NCBI RefSeq assembly: GCF_009914755.1
Contig: NC_060926.1
Length of the DNA stretch: 64,000 bases
Source of the DNA: the human T2T-CHM13v2.0 reference genome, Homo sapiens
Strand: one strand, 5' to 3'
Shown here: positions 37,693 to 55,329 of the stretch, one piece after another
Position numbering within the stretch: the stretch's first letter is position 1
How the letters are laid out: each line of letters opens with the position of its first letter
Notes under the pieces: model-generated
What the model was told of the DNA's origin: nothing
Database searches by the model: none
The model's input: only the letters and a program-made list of their open reading frames with translations
Position numbers and translations under genes: made by a program

Positions 37693-40600
37693 ATTTTTGA
37701 GTTAAGAAAAATGTGACTACTATTTATTATAAGCTTACACAAGGCTGCCCATCTCGTCAGAAGTGGAGCCAAAAGATGATTCTACAGCTGCCTAATCAAA
37801 AGCCTGTTTTGTCTTTCCACATATGTGTCAGTAACTGAGTTCAAAATTTTAGTGCTTTTAATGATGCTCAGGGGCGAAAATGGATTGGTTGATAAGGCTA
37901 ATATTCAACTTTTATTCATTAACTAGAACATGTTCTTTGGTTATGAGAAGTAACATCAAAAATTTTTTTAATGAAAAGTTAATATTTCTGAGGACCTTAA
38001 ATTATGTTACAGAAATACTAATATTATGAGTATCAAAATGTAATTTAAAATCTGAAGCCTCCAACTAGAGAAGTTTTGCCTTGATCTTTTCAGTTTTGCA
38101 GTACTTTTCCCTAATCTCTTACTTTTATGCAATTAATGCAAAATATTTTTGGAAGGTGGGAGATACTTATTTGCTTGTATTAAATTCAGAGTCACTTTCT
38201 ATTCATCTTTGAGATAAGTAGAACTATCTGTCTGAAATTCAGTCCTAATGAATTACACTCTACTTATGGGCTTAGTGAAATTAACTCCATTTATATTACA
38301 TCCTTCTGGAAATTGAAGGCAAATTGGGAATAGCATAAAGCTGCAGTAATATTGTTCAATTTTTTGATAGGCATCAGAATTTTCTATAGACTCTTTAGAA
38401 TTAGTGTAGATAAATATCAGAAATTCAGTCTTAAATACACATTGAATGGAAAGACATCTGAAAGTTCAAATAGGTAAAATAAGTTGTTTTACTTATTTTT
38501 ACATCTGTTAGATTTTTGAAACTGCTTCTAAAAGTCCATGTATGTTAGTTTTCTGGAGCAACAGAAATGCATGTTTTAGCCTCTCCCTATACTCCACAAT
38601 GTTTTCTCTATCTAAGTTGATGCTGGAAACAAAATATACATTTTAAATATATCAATTTATAATCTTTTTTCCTAAAACAATGTTACATCTTTTTATCTAG
38701 CACTTTTGATATTAGCTTAACAACACTTCATTTTCCATAACAGTTTTTTAGACATGACTTGCAACCACATTTTATGCTTTGAATATTAGCCAAATGTCTG
38801 AGTTCTTTTGTTTGTTGGTTGGTTTGTTTTAATTTTATTCAGCAACCCTAGTCTTCCATTTAAAGGAACACAAAGTGACAATTAAATGTGGATAGCATGA
38901 TTCTTAAGTGTTTCTGTACTCTTACTCATTGTTTTGCCTTACATTATTTTATTGATAAATATACTGACCTTAAGGAACAACTTATCTTTACAGCCTCATC
39001 AGTTTAAAAGCTACATTTGATTTAATTAATAGGGTGAGTTTATGGGAAAAGCTTTTATCGATGGGCATTCGTTTAAGATATCTTGGCCTTTTGAAAGAGA
39101 TGCACTATGATAATTGGTCTAAGATCATGTTAGAGAGGGCAGGTCACTTTATATTTTCTCCCAACTAATAGAGAAGTCAGGTGAGGTTGTTTCCTGACAC
39201 AGCTACTATTTCATTGTTTTGGCTGATATTACTGACCCCAGAAAGCTATTTCCAGTATTACTTGGGCCCAGTAGATATAGTCATTGGCAAGCACCATGCA
39301 AATATGGAAAACAAGTTGTTCTATTCATATCAGAACATCAATTTACCATTAATTTTCCACTCTTGATTACATACATTGCATCTATCAAAGCCATCATATT
39401 GTTATCTGCAAACAAGACAGGCAATTCTGGTTTGGTGACCAAGGCTAATTATTATTGTGGATGTAAGGGGAAGCTGTATTTTAGACCATGTTTTGACACG
39501 GTAAGGCTTTGGTCAAATAATCTTATTCAGTAATTTTCAACTTTAACTGAATACTATTGACTCATTTGAACATTAAAACATAAATAAGTTAAAACAAATC
39601 AGAATGCTGAAGACTGTATCCCACTCCCAGAGATGTATCCTTCTATTTTTTTGGTATATCAAATTTTCCAACTATAATCTTAACATACTTGTATTTTTTT
39701 TGCAAATAGGCAGTAGCAAATTTGACCCAGAGTTGAAAAGTCCAGAAGAAATATTTTATGTAATTCATATATTTTTAAATTAAAAATGCATTTCCCTTCT
39801 TTTCAGTGACATTGAGTCTGTAGATATTTTTTACTTTTCTTAACACTTTTTAAAAATTTTTTTCTTTAATGAAGTACATCTAATCTAATCTAAAAAACAA
39901 AATGGAGTCAAATCCAATCCTAAATGTGGTATTTTTAGAGGACAGACCCCTAAATATTTTACCTTTTCAGTTAAAATAGACTTCCAACTGAACATGTAAA
40001 TACATCCAAATTGTTGCCCCAAAGTAAGAAAGTTTGATTAGTTGGTTACTGTGTAATATAAACCTGTTACTATTATTCCATGGAATTTTGAGTCTCTTAA
40101 TATTCAAGTCTCATTTGGGAGGAATTATCAGACTGCAATATCTTCCATTTTCAACATAGTAGAGAAAATATAACCTGATTATTATAGCTATATTATTGCT
40201 GTGTTTGACAGAGAAAGAGAGTATAGTCTTTGACCCTACGGATCTTAAAACCTCCTGAGAGCAGACCCAGCTCTTGTTGCTCCAGAAAATGAAATAAAAA
40301 TCTTTGATTATTCAGATAATTAATTTAAATTATATAAACAAAAGGTCAAATCTAGGGATTTTTAGTCTCAGAAAAATGGAAAAGATACCAAAGGGAAGCT
40401 GACATAAAAATGAGGAAGAAAGCTTTCTAACTAAAATTCTCATCCCTTCGAAGCCGTAGTATTTGAAGCTGTGAATATCATCCTGACCTCGTGATTTGTG
40501 GCTGTACTATTTCCCCCCCTCTCTATTCAATTAGGAAAATTTGCGCTGGTCATTCATCTCGATCTGTGTTACGGGGGCTCCGAACCCTCTTGAATTCTTG

Positions 40601-42752
40601 CTGAATTTATACATAAGTCATTGAGGTTGACCAAGGAAGACAGACCAATGAGTACATTCTCAATGTTTATACCAAGGAAATTAATTTAAGATATAAGATC
40701 AAACATATAGGGTTGAATTTGTTGGACATTCAGAAGCTATGAAAATCTCATCCCAAAAAGCAAAAGAAGGAACTAAACCTAGACACATTCCATCTTTACC
40801 TGATAGAGAAATTTAAGATTGCCTTGAGACGAAAATGTCCTTGCCTCTTTGCTATTTGTCTATATCTTTTTATTCCTTATTGTATCTGGGGTTCATTGTA
40901 TCAATTACCATCAAGCTATTTTTTTTCTTTATATTTCACATTATCATAAATTCAGGAGACTGGAGAAGACCTTGAGAGTCTCAGTTTTATCTCTCCTTCT
41001 CCTCAGACAGTATTCTTTCTTCACAATCATAGGCTGCAAAAAATGTTCAGAGTACTCAGTGAAGTGTTCCACATTTGTTAGCACCAGATGATGTCACTCT
41101 CCTTGTTTCTATAGCTTTTTATAGAAACATTTCATCGTTTGAGATCTTCTTGGGAATCTTCCTGTCTTTTGATAAAAATTTATGTTGTGCCACATGAACT
41201 CATAGATTTATTACTTGACTTTATTTCACTTTAAATGCATTATTTTATTTTTATCCTTTTGAATATGTATTTGCTTGGTACTTTGTTTTTAATCAATTTG
41301 CCTTTATATTTTTCCTCCTTACTTCACTCAAAAACTAGAATCTAAAAGCCTCTTATCTATTAATATTTGAGAATCTAGAGATTACCTTTTATTTCAGAAT
41401 AAAAAGAAGCTTAAATTGTCTGTATCTATATTATCTACTATCTAGCTATCTATCTCCAAATTTTGTATTTTGTTCTTTGGTTTTATTGTCATCACTTCTT
41501 TTGCCTGTCCAATTTAATTAATACTATTAATTCCCTACTATGATAGATAACATAACACTGCAGGTTGAAATCATAGAACAATTAACCCCCAGGAACATTG
41601 CAGTCATGGCCCCAGGTTTCAATATGCCACAAACACTCATCAATTTAATTTGAAATTAATTTGGCTTTTGCTAGTTATTCGAAAACACCAACAGTTGTCG
41701 ATTCCCTTCAGTGAACTAAATGTGAATAGTTATTATCCTGCAAGCATTTCTCCTGAGGTAAAGAAAATGTGAGCTCTTATCATAGATACCCTCACCACCC
41801 TTGCCCACAGCCTGCTGAAGACCTGACCCTAAATGTATTTGAAAGATATTTTACCATCCTTTCTAGTAGATAAGAACTTAAATTTAATTACAGTAAGTCC
41901 AAAATTATAGCTTTTGGGAAAGAGTCACATACTAAATCCAGGTTTATAGATAACCATAAAATTGAAAAAGTTGGAACTTAGACCTAACTTAGAACTGACT
42001 TTTAATACCAAGTTATTGAGCAGTCCATTTAGATTAAGGGAAAAAGTAAAATATTTTACTCATGGATTGCCATCTCTTTTTGAAGCTTGGTGGCTTATTT
42101 TTAGGTATCTTTTTTTCCTTCTAAACCTACTATAAACCTTAGTGTAAAATATTTTACATGTATAATTGGCCAAGATAATAAAAATGCTTAAATGCAATTC
42201 AGAGTTATTTATCAAATGCACTGTTCCTAATCTAATGTTCCACAGATTATAAATAAGTAAAGTGTAGTCAGCCAGTTTTTTGTTTTGTTTTGTTTTCTAT
42301 CTTGTTAAATGTGAACACCACAATAAAGGCCTATTATATTTTGTTCTTATTTATGTTATTAAAATTTTATTTTAATATACTTTTTTATTTCTGAAGTGTG
42401 AATTCTTTTACATTCCAATGGATAATAATATTCTGTGGGAAATAACAAGTAAAACTGAAGAAACATTTACTAGAAAGTGAAACAAAATTCTGTAAGATCA
42501 TTTTCAGAACAAAAACTAAGGCAAATTTTTGACTTTCAATCAAATGGTTTATTTTTAATTTTCTATCTGCTGGACCTAGCCTTTTTGAAAATTAAATTTT
42601 GAACATTGTTCTTCTGCCTTTCCTTTTATTGTCACTTTCTTTCATCTCAATTTCATCTCAATTATTACCAAAACAAACACTAATTGTGTGAATTATGATA
42701 TACCTGAAATTATTCCCAGTGCTTTCATACCTTATTTACTATTCATGCCTAC

Positions 42753-43116
42753 TGATATGGTTTGGCTGAATCTTCACCCAAATTTTATCTTGAATTGTAG
42801 CTCCTATAACCCCCACATGTTGGGAAAGGGACCCTGTGGGAGGTAATTGAATCATGGGGGCGGGTTTTTCCTGGTCTGTTCTCATGATAGTCGATAAGTC
42901 TCATGAGATCTGATGGTTTTATAAAGGGCAGTTCTTCTACACGTGCTCTCTTGCCTGCGGTCATCTAACACATGTCTTTGCTCCTCCTTTGCCTTCAGCC
43001 ATGATTGTGAGGCCTCCCCAGCCATATGGAATTGTAACTCCATTAAACCTCTTTTTCTTCATAAATTACCTAGTTTCAGGTATGTCTTCATAGCAGTATG
43101 AAAATAAACTAATACA
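42753..43116 (+). mobile_element. THE1 (B/C) MaLR solo LTR
   Basis: TGATATGGTTTGGCTG...AACTAATACA; 5-bp TSD CCTAC/CCTAT. Confidence 0.92.
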
Positions 43117-45427
43117 CCTATACAGCAAGGTAGGTATTATTACTCCCCTTTGCACAAAATAGAAAACTGAAGTATATTGAGATTTATCGTTCTTCCCATA
43201 TCTTCATTGTGTGAAAACCCTCAGGCATCTTAGAATAGATGAATTTTGCTCAAGCTTTTCTTGAATAAAATAATTTACATAGGATTTGAAATGTAGACAA
43301 AGTTGCTAATTAGATATGAATGTAACTTCTACATCCTTAAATACTTCCTTGTTATTTAAAGTGAGTCTGGTCCTCTCTTTACAAGTTCAAGAGCTCAGTT
43401 TCAACATACTCAGAAAACGATCAAACCAGACAGTCTGGTATGAAAATCTATTCCAATTAACCATTTCAAAGTATCCTCAATTAACCAAATTGCCAATGTA
43501 TTAATTTGTAATGAGATATTTAATTTCCTGAAATACAATGATATTTGCTGATCCATGTTAACATGAAAACCAAACTCATCCTTGAATAGAAAGGAGGGAG
43601 GGATGTAAACATTACATTCATATTTGGTTAACACCAACACTACTGTTCAATCACCCTCCTCTGAGACTCATCTTAGGCATCCAGCTGTCTGTTTGTTAAA
43701 GAGATTTACTACTTATTGTTTCCTCTGACCCCAATAGGTTTCTTATCCCTATTAGATTATTTCTTAAGATACATCTTTAACATCATCCCAATTAGGTTAT
43801 CTCTTTAATTTTTGGTGTTCTTTCTTCCATATATCTTTTTTTCCATCAGCTGAAGATTATTTTTCTGTTTTTCTGTATCTATAGTAATGTCCTTTGCTTT
43901 CCACTCCTAATGTTTTCACTCTAGCAAGAAATGTCATATATTCTGCCTAGAACGTTTTAATACTCTATGAACTGCAATATTCAATACATTTTATTTATTG
44001 CCAAAAGATTTTTTAAATTATAGCTCAAATAACATTTCTCCTCACAGGTTTCTCATTGCCTATTGAATAAATGAACAAATATTTTAAAAACTCTTAATTG
44101 TATATTCAAACCATTCAATACCTCACTAATCTTCATGTCATTCGTGATTTCTGAAATTAACTCTACACATTCCTAACGTACTCACTAAGTCTCCTTTCTC
44201 CTGAAATAATTTTGATTCCCATCTCCTACCTATTAAAATTTTTAACCACTCTGTGAGGCCATTTTAAACCTCACCTCTTCTATGCAATCTTCCAGAGCTT
44301 CAGTAGCTAGATATCACTTATACCTCCTTTGAATTCTCAGAAGACCACATTACCCTTTCTTCATCACATTACTAGTCTTTCTGATAATTGGAGCTACTTA
44401 TTTAATCATTTACATTTCCAACATTCTACTAACTTCTAAAGATGAAGATTTATTGTTGTTTTCCAGTAGTATCTATTTTCTAATATGTATTTCATAAGAG
44501 CTTGTTCCATTTTTAATTAAATAGAATGAAATGAACCACTTGCAGTCCCAAGTTTTGTTTTATTTAATCTTGAACCTTTACTTCTCTGTCATATCCCCCA
44601 AAATGTTTATACTTTATGTTTCAGCATATTTGCCCATTAGTCTACAATTTCAACTTATGCCTGAAAGGTTGAAGGCAACGGTTCATGACCAAACTGTATT
44701 TCATGGTTTCCAGTAAGATTTGAGTTTAAAGAGATTGCCTGTACTAGGTATATGCTATAAAGAAATGCAGGTTAAGTGGAAACTTTGTCATTTATTTAGT
44801 TTTAGACAGTTTAATAGTAGAATCAATGATGGTTTATCTCAATTTCCACTTAAAACACCTAATATTGTTCACTATTCAAAGAATTTTACAATTAAATTTA
44901 GTTACCCTTTTAGTCAGACACTGTAGGCTCTTTAGAACATTGTTGTTGATGAGTTTAGTGCACTAAATGTTCTTTATAGTTCTCCAAGTAAATATTTGGG
45001 AAGAAAATACTGCTGGGAAGACACAGAGCATATGTGAGGAACTGACATGGGCAAACTCTGCTTTGAGCATCGAAATGCTTATAGTTAGTGCTCAGATCCA
45101 GGGCAGTTTCACCAATGAATCCAGGAAAATAGAATGACTATTTGGCATCTTTCTTTCCAATCTGCTTCGGAATATTTTATTCATGGTATGGACAATCTGA
45201 ATTTTTTTTTGTTAAAGTGATGAAATCTCACTGTACACAAACAGGGAATTATAACTTGTCAGCTAATTAAAAATATGTCAAACTAATAAGAGCACCCTCT
45301 CTTACAAGCACATATGGAAAAACTCTTCTTGAAAATGGAAGTTCTACTCTATTAAACCAAAGAAAGATTCCTTACTTGAAGAACTTTGATTATGTGTTGA
45401 AAGCTCTATAAGACTCCTATATGATAT

Positions 45428-45831
45428 TCTTTTCTTTTATCCGTGCAAATTGATGGGTCACTTGAGAAATGTGTTACATGTATAAAATGCATAGTAATCA
45501 AATCAGGATATTCAGGGTGCTCATCACCCAAACACAATATGTTTTTGTTAAGTTACTCATCCCACTCTGTTTTCAAACGTTGAATTTATTCCTTTCATCT
45601 TACTGTATGTTTTTACCCTTTAACGCATTCCTTTTCATTCTCCTCACTCCCCTCTCCCTCACCCTTCCCAGTCTCTGTTATCTATTTTTCCACTCTCTAC
45701 CGCTACAAGTTCAAAATTTTTAGCTCCCACATGTAAGTGAGAACATGCAGTTTGTCTCTTTGTGCTTGGCTTATTTCACTGAAGCTAATGACCTCCAATT
45801 TTATCCATGTTGCTGCAAATGACATGATTTC
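45428..45831 (-). mobile_element. L1MA-type 3' end
   Basis: CCCACATGTAAGTGAGAACATGC...ATCCATGTTGCTGCAAATGACATGATTTC; antisense translation EIMSFAATWIKLE is the ORF2 C-terminus. Confidence 0.85.
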
Positions 45832-45834
45832 TAC

Positions 45835-46218
45835 ATTGTCAGCTTCTGATGGCGGGGCGCTATGCTCCTCATCTTCAAGGTTCTCCTCTCCATTGCAAAA
45901 CTTCTTGAACCACCACTCCACTGTATGTTAGCAGCTCCTGGGCCAAATGTGCTGTTGATGTTGTGAGTTGTCTCTGCTGCTTTATGACCCATTTTGAACT
46001 TGAATAAGAAAATCACTGAAATTTGCTTAGTGTCTAATATCATTTCCACAGTCTAAAATAAACAGCAAGTAATTAGTTACTAGCAAAAAAAATAATAAAG
46101 TGAGAAATGTGCATTAAAATGATGTATAACATAATCACATTTATTTAAGATTGTATTCCAATATCAAACAGCAAATTTCAACAATGCAATAACCGCAATT
46201 ACTTTTGGATCAACCTAA
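45835..46218 (-). mobile_element. Hsmar1 mariner 5' fragment (TIR, 5' UTR and transposase N-terminus)
   Basis: TIR TTAGGTTGATCCAAAAGTAATTGCGGTT; peptides MILDTKQISVIFLFKFKMGHKAAETTHNIN and WWFKKFCNGEENLEDEE match the Hsmar1/SETMAR transposase, frameshifted. Confidence 0.93.
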
Positions 46219-46296
46219 TGCAAAATGGTATTTCTATATAAATCTTTCCAATGTCTAGTCTTTTTTGGAGGCTAGGCAATGTGGACTGATTGCAGA

Positions 46297-46343
<47 letters not shown>
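46297..46343 (+). repeat. (ATG)n microsatellite
   Basis: About 15 perfect units. Confidence 0.95.
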
Positions 46344-46344
<1 letters not shown>

Positions 46345-49300
46345 CAGTATACCATTGAAGCTCATGTAGGAGCTGGAATATTCAACAGGATGCTGGAGAC
46401 AAGGTGACTGGGAATATATGCAGGAGCTCGTTTTAGTTCTTGAAGCACGCCCTAAAATGCCTCCAGTTTTATTTTTTTCTTTAAATTCAGAACCTTATAA
46501 AACCAAATAAAGTATTCTTGAAGATATATAAAGTAACATTAGCAAATAAAGAGAACAGCTTATGAAATAAAAAGTTTAGTGGCAAATTCCAAACAATATA
46601 ATTATAAGGTAGATCTGAAATTAATTCCTCTTGATCATTTAAAAATATTTCTGAAGCAAGCAATAACTAGGGTTTTCTGTGTCTCAGTCACAGTCTGAAA
46701 TGTTTTCTCTTTTTGTCATTCTGTTCTTCCCACCTCCATACCCCAAGCAGGAATCAATTACTTCTGACTGTTGTTTGATATCAGTTGCTATATCAACAAT
46801 ATTTTAGGTTCTTACTACAATTCACCAAAAGTTAATATTTTAAATATGAAGTCTTTTACATCATCTTAGCATAAATTGACACATTTCTGCTATTACTCAA
46901 TGGCTTCTTTCTATTAATTATCTTTGAACTAATCTCTGCAAATTAAAGATTCTAAGAGATGCAAGTGAATGGTGTTTTCAAATATAAGCATGCCGGACAA
47001 ATTTCCTTGTCTGTAAAGCCTGTCCATTGCACTAGAGCGTGGCATGTTACAAACCTCACTGGCTTGGGCAAGCAGACCAATACATTTTGAAATGTGTGCT
47101 GTCTGCAACACCATTATTCACAAGTTTTTTTCCCATGTACATCTCCCACTAGCAACTACATTAGGCTACAGCCTCCAGGACTCAAACGAAACAATCTGCA
47201 AGATGATGTTTTCCCATGGACTTATTATTACATGCACACTAGACAATGGTTGTAAATAGAGTGGTGATGTAAAACTTCATTTTATGTGTAAATGAAGGAT
47301 GCATAGGATCTCTGGGCAATAACTTAAAATATTTTGTGGAAGTAATTTGCACGTTTGGAAATCGGATTTTGACATATATGTAAAAGTAAAAGGGTACTTT
47401 AAAAACCACAATCGACAGGATATCATGATGGAGGACATACAGGGAGTACAGAGTCTAGACATTTTTCTTTGGAAATATGTTGGTGTGATTTCACAAGGTG
47501 ATTCATCTTAACTGTGATTACCTTCCAGTGCAGACAGAGAATAATTTTCACATATATTCTCTAAACATTCTTCTTAAATAAAATAAACACCTTTCTCTTG
47601 CTCCCTTTTAACCTGGGTTTTGGGTAGCATTGAATATCATATTCAGGTGGTATTTTCAATTTGAATGTAAAAGCAATCATATCGTCGGTGGGAGGGGGGT
47701 GGCAAGGTGAAGTAATCAGAAGTGGGATATTTCTATTGAGTTCTAGATGTACCACAGTTGTGTGTGGAGTGACCATATTAAAGAGAACACTTGTAGTGTT
47801 TTAAAGTATAACAAATGATAAATATCTCATATAAAGCTCAAAAATCATCTTCAGAGGGAAAAATGTTGAGTTGTATCCACTCTGTTGTGCTTTCAGAAGA
47901 ATCCTCCAGTCACCTTATCAAAACATTTCTAAAGACTATGTTTTGGTGCTTTTCTAGAGATTGTGCTGATCTTTCAGATTTAAATTTAGTTTTCAGCTTT
48001 AAATTTAGTTTTGAAATTATGTGTTCATTAATTTGCAGAATGTCTAAGGAGACATTTAATTCAAAACATTGTACTAAGATATTCAGAGTAAAAATATAAT
48101 TGTATTTTTTATATTGTCTTTTCCTTTGGCATTTCAGGAAAATCCATGTCTTCAATACAATCCTCATTCTGCAAGAAAGGATAATATGCCTTCTCAGTAA
48201 TTTATCACTTTCTGTATGATGGAAAGGCTCATTTTCTAAAAGAAATATCAGAAAAGTGAAGGAAAGCAGTTTGTACATTATTTCATCATTTTATCAAGAA
48301 CAAAAAGAATGGTTTAATACTTCCTGTAATTCCACTTTCTCCTTCTGCATACAAATTAAGTTGCACAAGTTCAAGATTAACAGATCCTAATTGAAATGCT
48401 AAAAGACAAATATACAGTGTAATTATCCAGTTTGAAGTTTAACATTTTTGAAGATATTTCTATGTGAAAAAAAAATCTGTTCAGAGACTTAACACATGTC
48501 ATATGATAGAAAGAAATAAGCACTGAGTTTTCTAGATATTTTCAGTGCCTAACAAAATATGATATTTTATCTTGACTTTGTAACCAAGCACCATATTTTT
48601 TAGCAGATGCCATTTCTCTTCAGATTACTCTATCCCATTATGAATTACCTCTATTGGGAAGAAGATGGGAGAAAGATTTGTATCAAAACGTAAATCTATG
48701 CACCTGAAATACACTATTTTCTGAATACAATAAAAAATTATACACATACAAAATCTATCTTTGCCAATTTGAAAAATAATCAAACCTTTAGAGCAGAAAT
48801 ACTGATGCCTTAGTAGATATCATAAAACCATTAGAGTGGTATATTTATACTTCCAAAGGTGGTATTATTCTACCCCAATAAGACCTTTGCATATATGCAA
48901 ACAATAATGACAGAAATGTAATTGAAATATCCATAAAATATTATATTTTTTTCTTATAGGATTGTTAAAAAGATGTTATAAGCTACAGTGCTGCTAGAAA
49001 GTGCTATCATGTTGCACAAACCAAGGCTTCTAATTAGACTTGTCAATCACTGATTGATTACCACCACAAGATGAAAGAGCAATTGCATCTCAGCAATTAT
49101 ATTTTCTTGAGGGTACAAAATGCAATGTTCTGCTCTCAGCTGTCAGCAAGATTTCACTGAATGAAGGTCTGTTCTATCACCACAGGCTGTTCAAAGGCCC
49201 TTCTGAGAAAGAACCTAAATATTCCTTAAGCTCCAGAAATACTGCTACTCAGAAAAAAAACTAGTCAAGTCAAATTGACGAAATTTTAATTGATGAATGA

Positions 49301-50940
49301 GAAAATTATCTCTGTAGCCTCCTATTGTGTAATTTTAGCAAAATGTAGTTCATGGAAACACACAAAAGTACTGTTCCATACTTTATATGCTTCCTTTCTC
49401 CTTTCCCCTTCTATCACTCTCTTTCTTCCCCTCCTCTATTTTCTCTCTCTCTCATGTATACACACCTTCACTTCCATGAATAGACACATATATTTCCTTT
49501 TTGATGAATTAAAGTTTAAAAATATTCAATGAATACTTATATTTCTATGCATATTCTAGCAATGCAAGTATTTTTCTTATTTTCCTGAGAATAAAATACT
49601 GTCAGATTAATAATTATTTAATAATGACTCCAGAATAAGTGCCAAATATTATTTTGCATTCCAAAATATGCTATTTTGGAATAGCAATGTTTCCAGGAGC
49701 GTCATTTTAGATGTCTCTTTCACATTCTAAAGTCAAAATTATGGACAAATGTGGTTAGAAACTCAACAGTCATAATGTCTGTTGTAGTTTCAAATACTCT
49801 GGGAAAAAAAAAAACAGGCAATTGATTTGGAATAGGCTTGAAAGCTAAGTTAGAGGTTTATTTTGAATTTAGATCTTTTGCTTTTAGCTTTTCCAATAAA
49901 AAATATTAGATGACATTTCAGTTACTATTGCTGCAAAACAAACCACACAAAACTTGGAGTTGAAAACACACCATTTTCTTATGCTCAGAATTCTGTAGGT
50001 CAAAAATTAGGACAGGGCACAATGGAGCTATCCTATCTGCTTCACAATGTCTGAGACTCACCTGGGAGTATTCCAGCGGGGAACTACATTCCTCTAGAGC
50101 CTTGTTCTCATGGCTTTCTGACACCAGAGATGGGGTGACTGAAAGGACAGGCTCTGCTAAGGATGTTAACTGGAGCACCTACATGAGGCTTTTTCATGTG
50201 GTTTGGGATTCTCACAACGCAATGACTGGGTTCCAGGAGAAAGTGTCATGAAAGTGAGCATCCCAAGAAGTTGCATAGACTTTTATAAATGAACACTACC
50301 GACACAGGATCATCTGGGTTGGGCTCTACTGGTTGAAGCAAATACAACCCCATCCATACTGCTGGCAAGAAAACATGAAACTGCCTCTCATGTGAGAAGG
50401 GTCAAATAATTTGCTATTATTATTTTTAAAAGCCACCAAAGTTTGTCTTTGGTCACAAGTTATTTCTATTTATTACATCTACATAATAGATTCAGATGTT
50501 CCCAAGACTCCCCAAATGTCTCAACTTTTTATGTAATTGAGTTCAAGTTCAAGGTCCAAGATTCTGTCATCTGAATCAGGTCCAGGTATGAATAAGTTTC
50601 CTTGGTGTGATCCCTCTAGTACAATTTTGGTCCTCGAGTATAATTCCTTTCCATTTGAAGATGGGAGAACTAAAGAACCAAACTACACTGATGGAATAGG
50701 CATAGGATAACTGCAGTGGTAGTGCAGCTAATGCAGCTCAAAAATAAAGGGTGGGGGGACAGGGAAGAAAAGGACCGGAAGTACACAATGGTCACTGATC
50801 CGTAGCATTTCTGAAATCCAGGCAAGTTTAAGTTGCTGATTTCTATATTAGTGACCAGTCCTATTTTCTGGCTGTCAGCCTTAGAGTTATCTGTGCCTGT
50901 TACCTCCCACTCTGGGCTCTTTTTCTGTCTCCCGAGTTTT

Positions 50941-50966
50941 GTTGTTGTTGTTGTTGTTGTTGTTGT
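50941..50966 (+). repeat. (GTT)n microsatellite
   Basis: Direct reading. Confidence 0.9.
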
Positions 50967-51448
50967 TTTAATGTAGGCCCTGTTTGTAGCTGAAAAGTTA
51001 TTTCAAACTGATTCTGACTTAGAAAGAGCAAAAGGTCCAAACCCTTTTTTTAAATTTTATATTGTCTGTGTGCCTTCAAGTCCAAGTTTCTATAAAAATT
51101 ATAAAACTTTGTGTGTTTCTTGTATGCTGAACTATCATCCACTTTATTAGACAAAAGCCACACCTAAAAATCTATTCTCTCTCAAAAACTCTGTAAAGCT
51201 TCTGTGAGACAATATCTTGAAAGTCTTAGAACCCCTAGTGTTTATTTAACAAGGCAGGTCTGAGAAAGACTTTTATATACTAAAAGAGTCTATGAGACAC
51301 CACCTTAAACTTTTCAGAAGTCTTACAAAAGATGTTACAGTCATCCTTTCCTTCATTTTTATCTTGAAACCATATATTTCTCACAGCATCCTGGATTTGA
51401 TCTTTGCCTCAAGGCCCTTTATTATATGAAATATTCTGCTAGAGTTAC

Positions 51449-55329
<3,881 letters not shown>

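Noticed and set aside
47815-48278. 94-aa and 122-aa ORFs in unique sequence
   Set aside because: The composition is biased to AT-rich codons (F/L/K/I), with no recognisable domain or exon structure.
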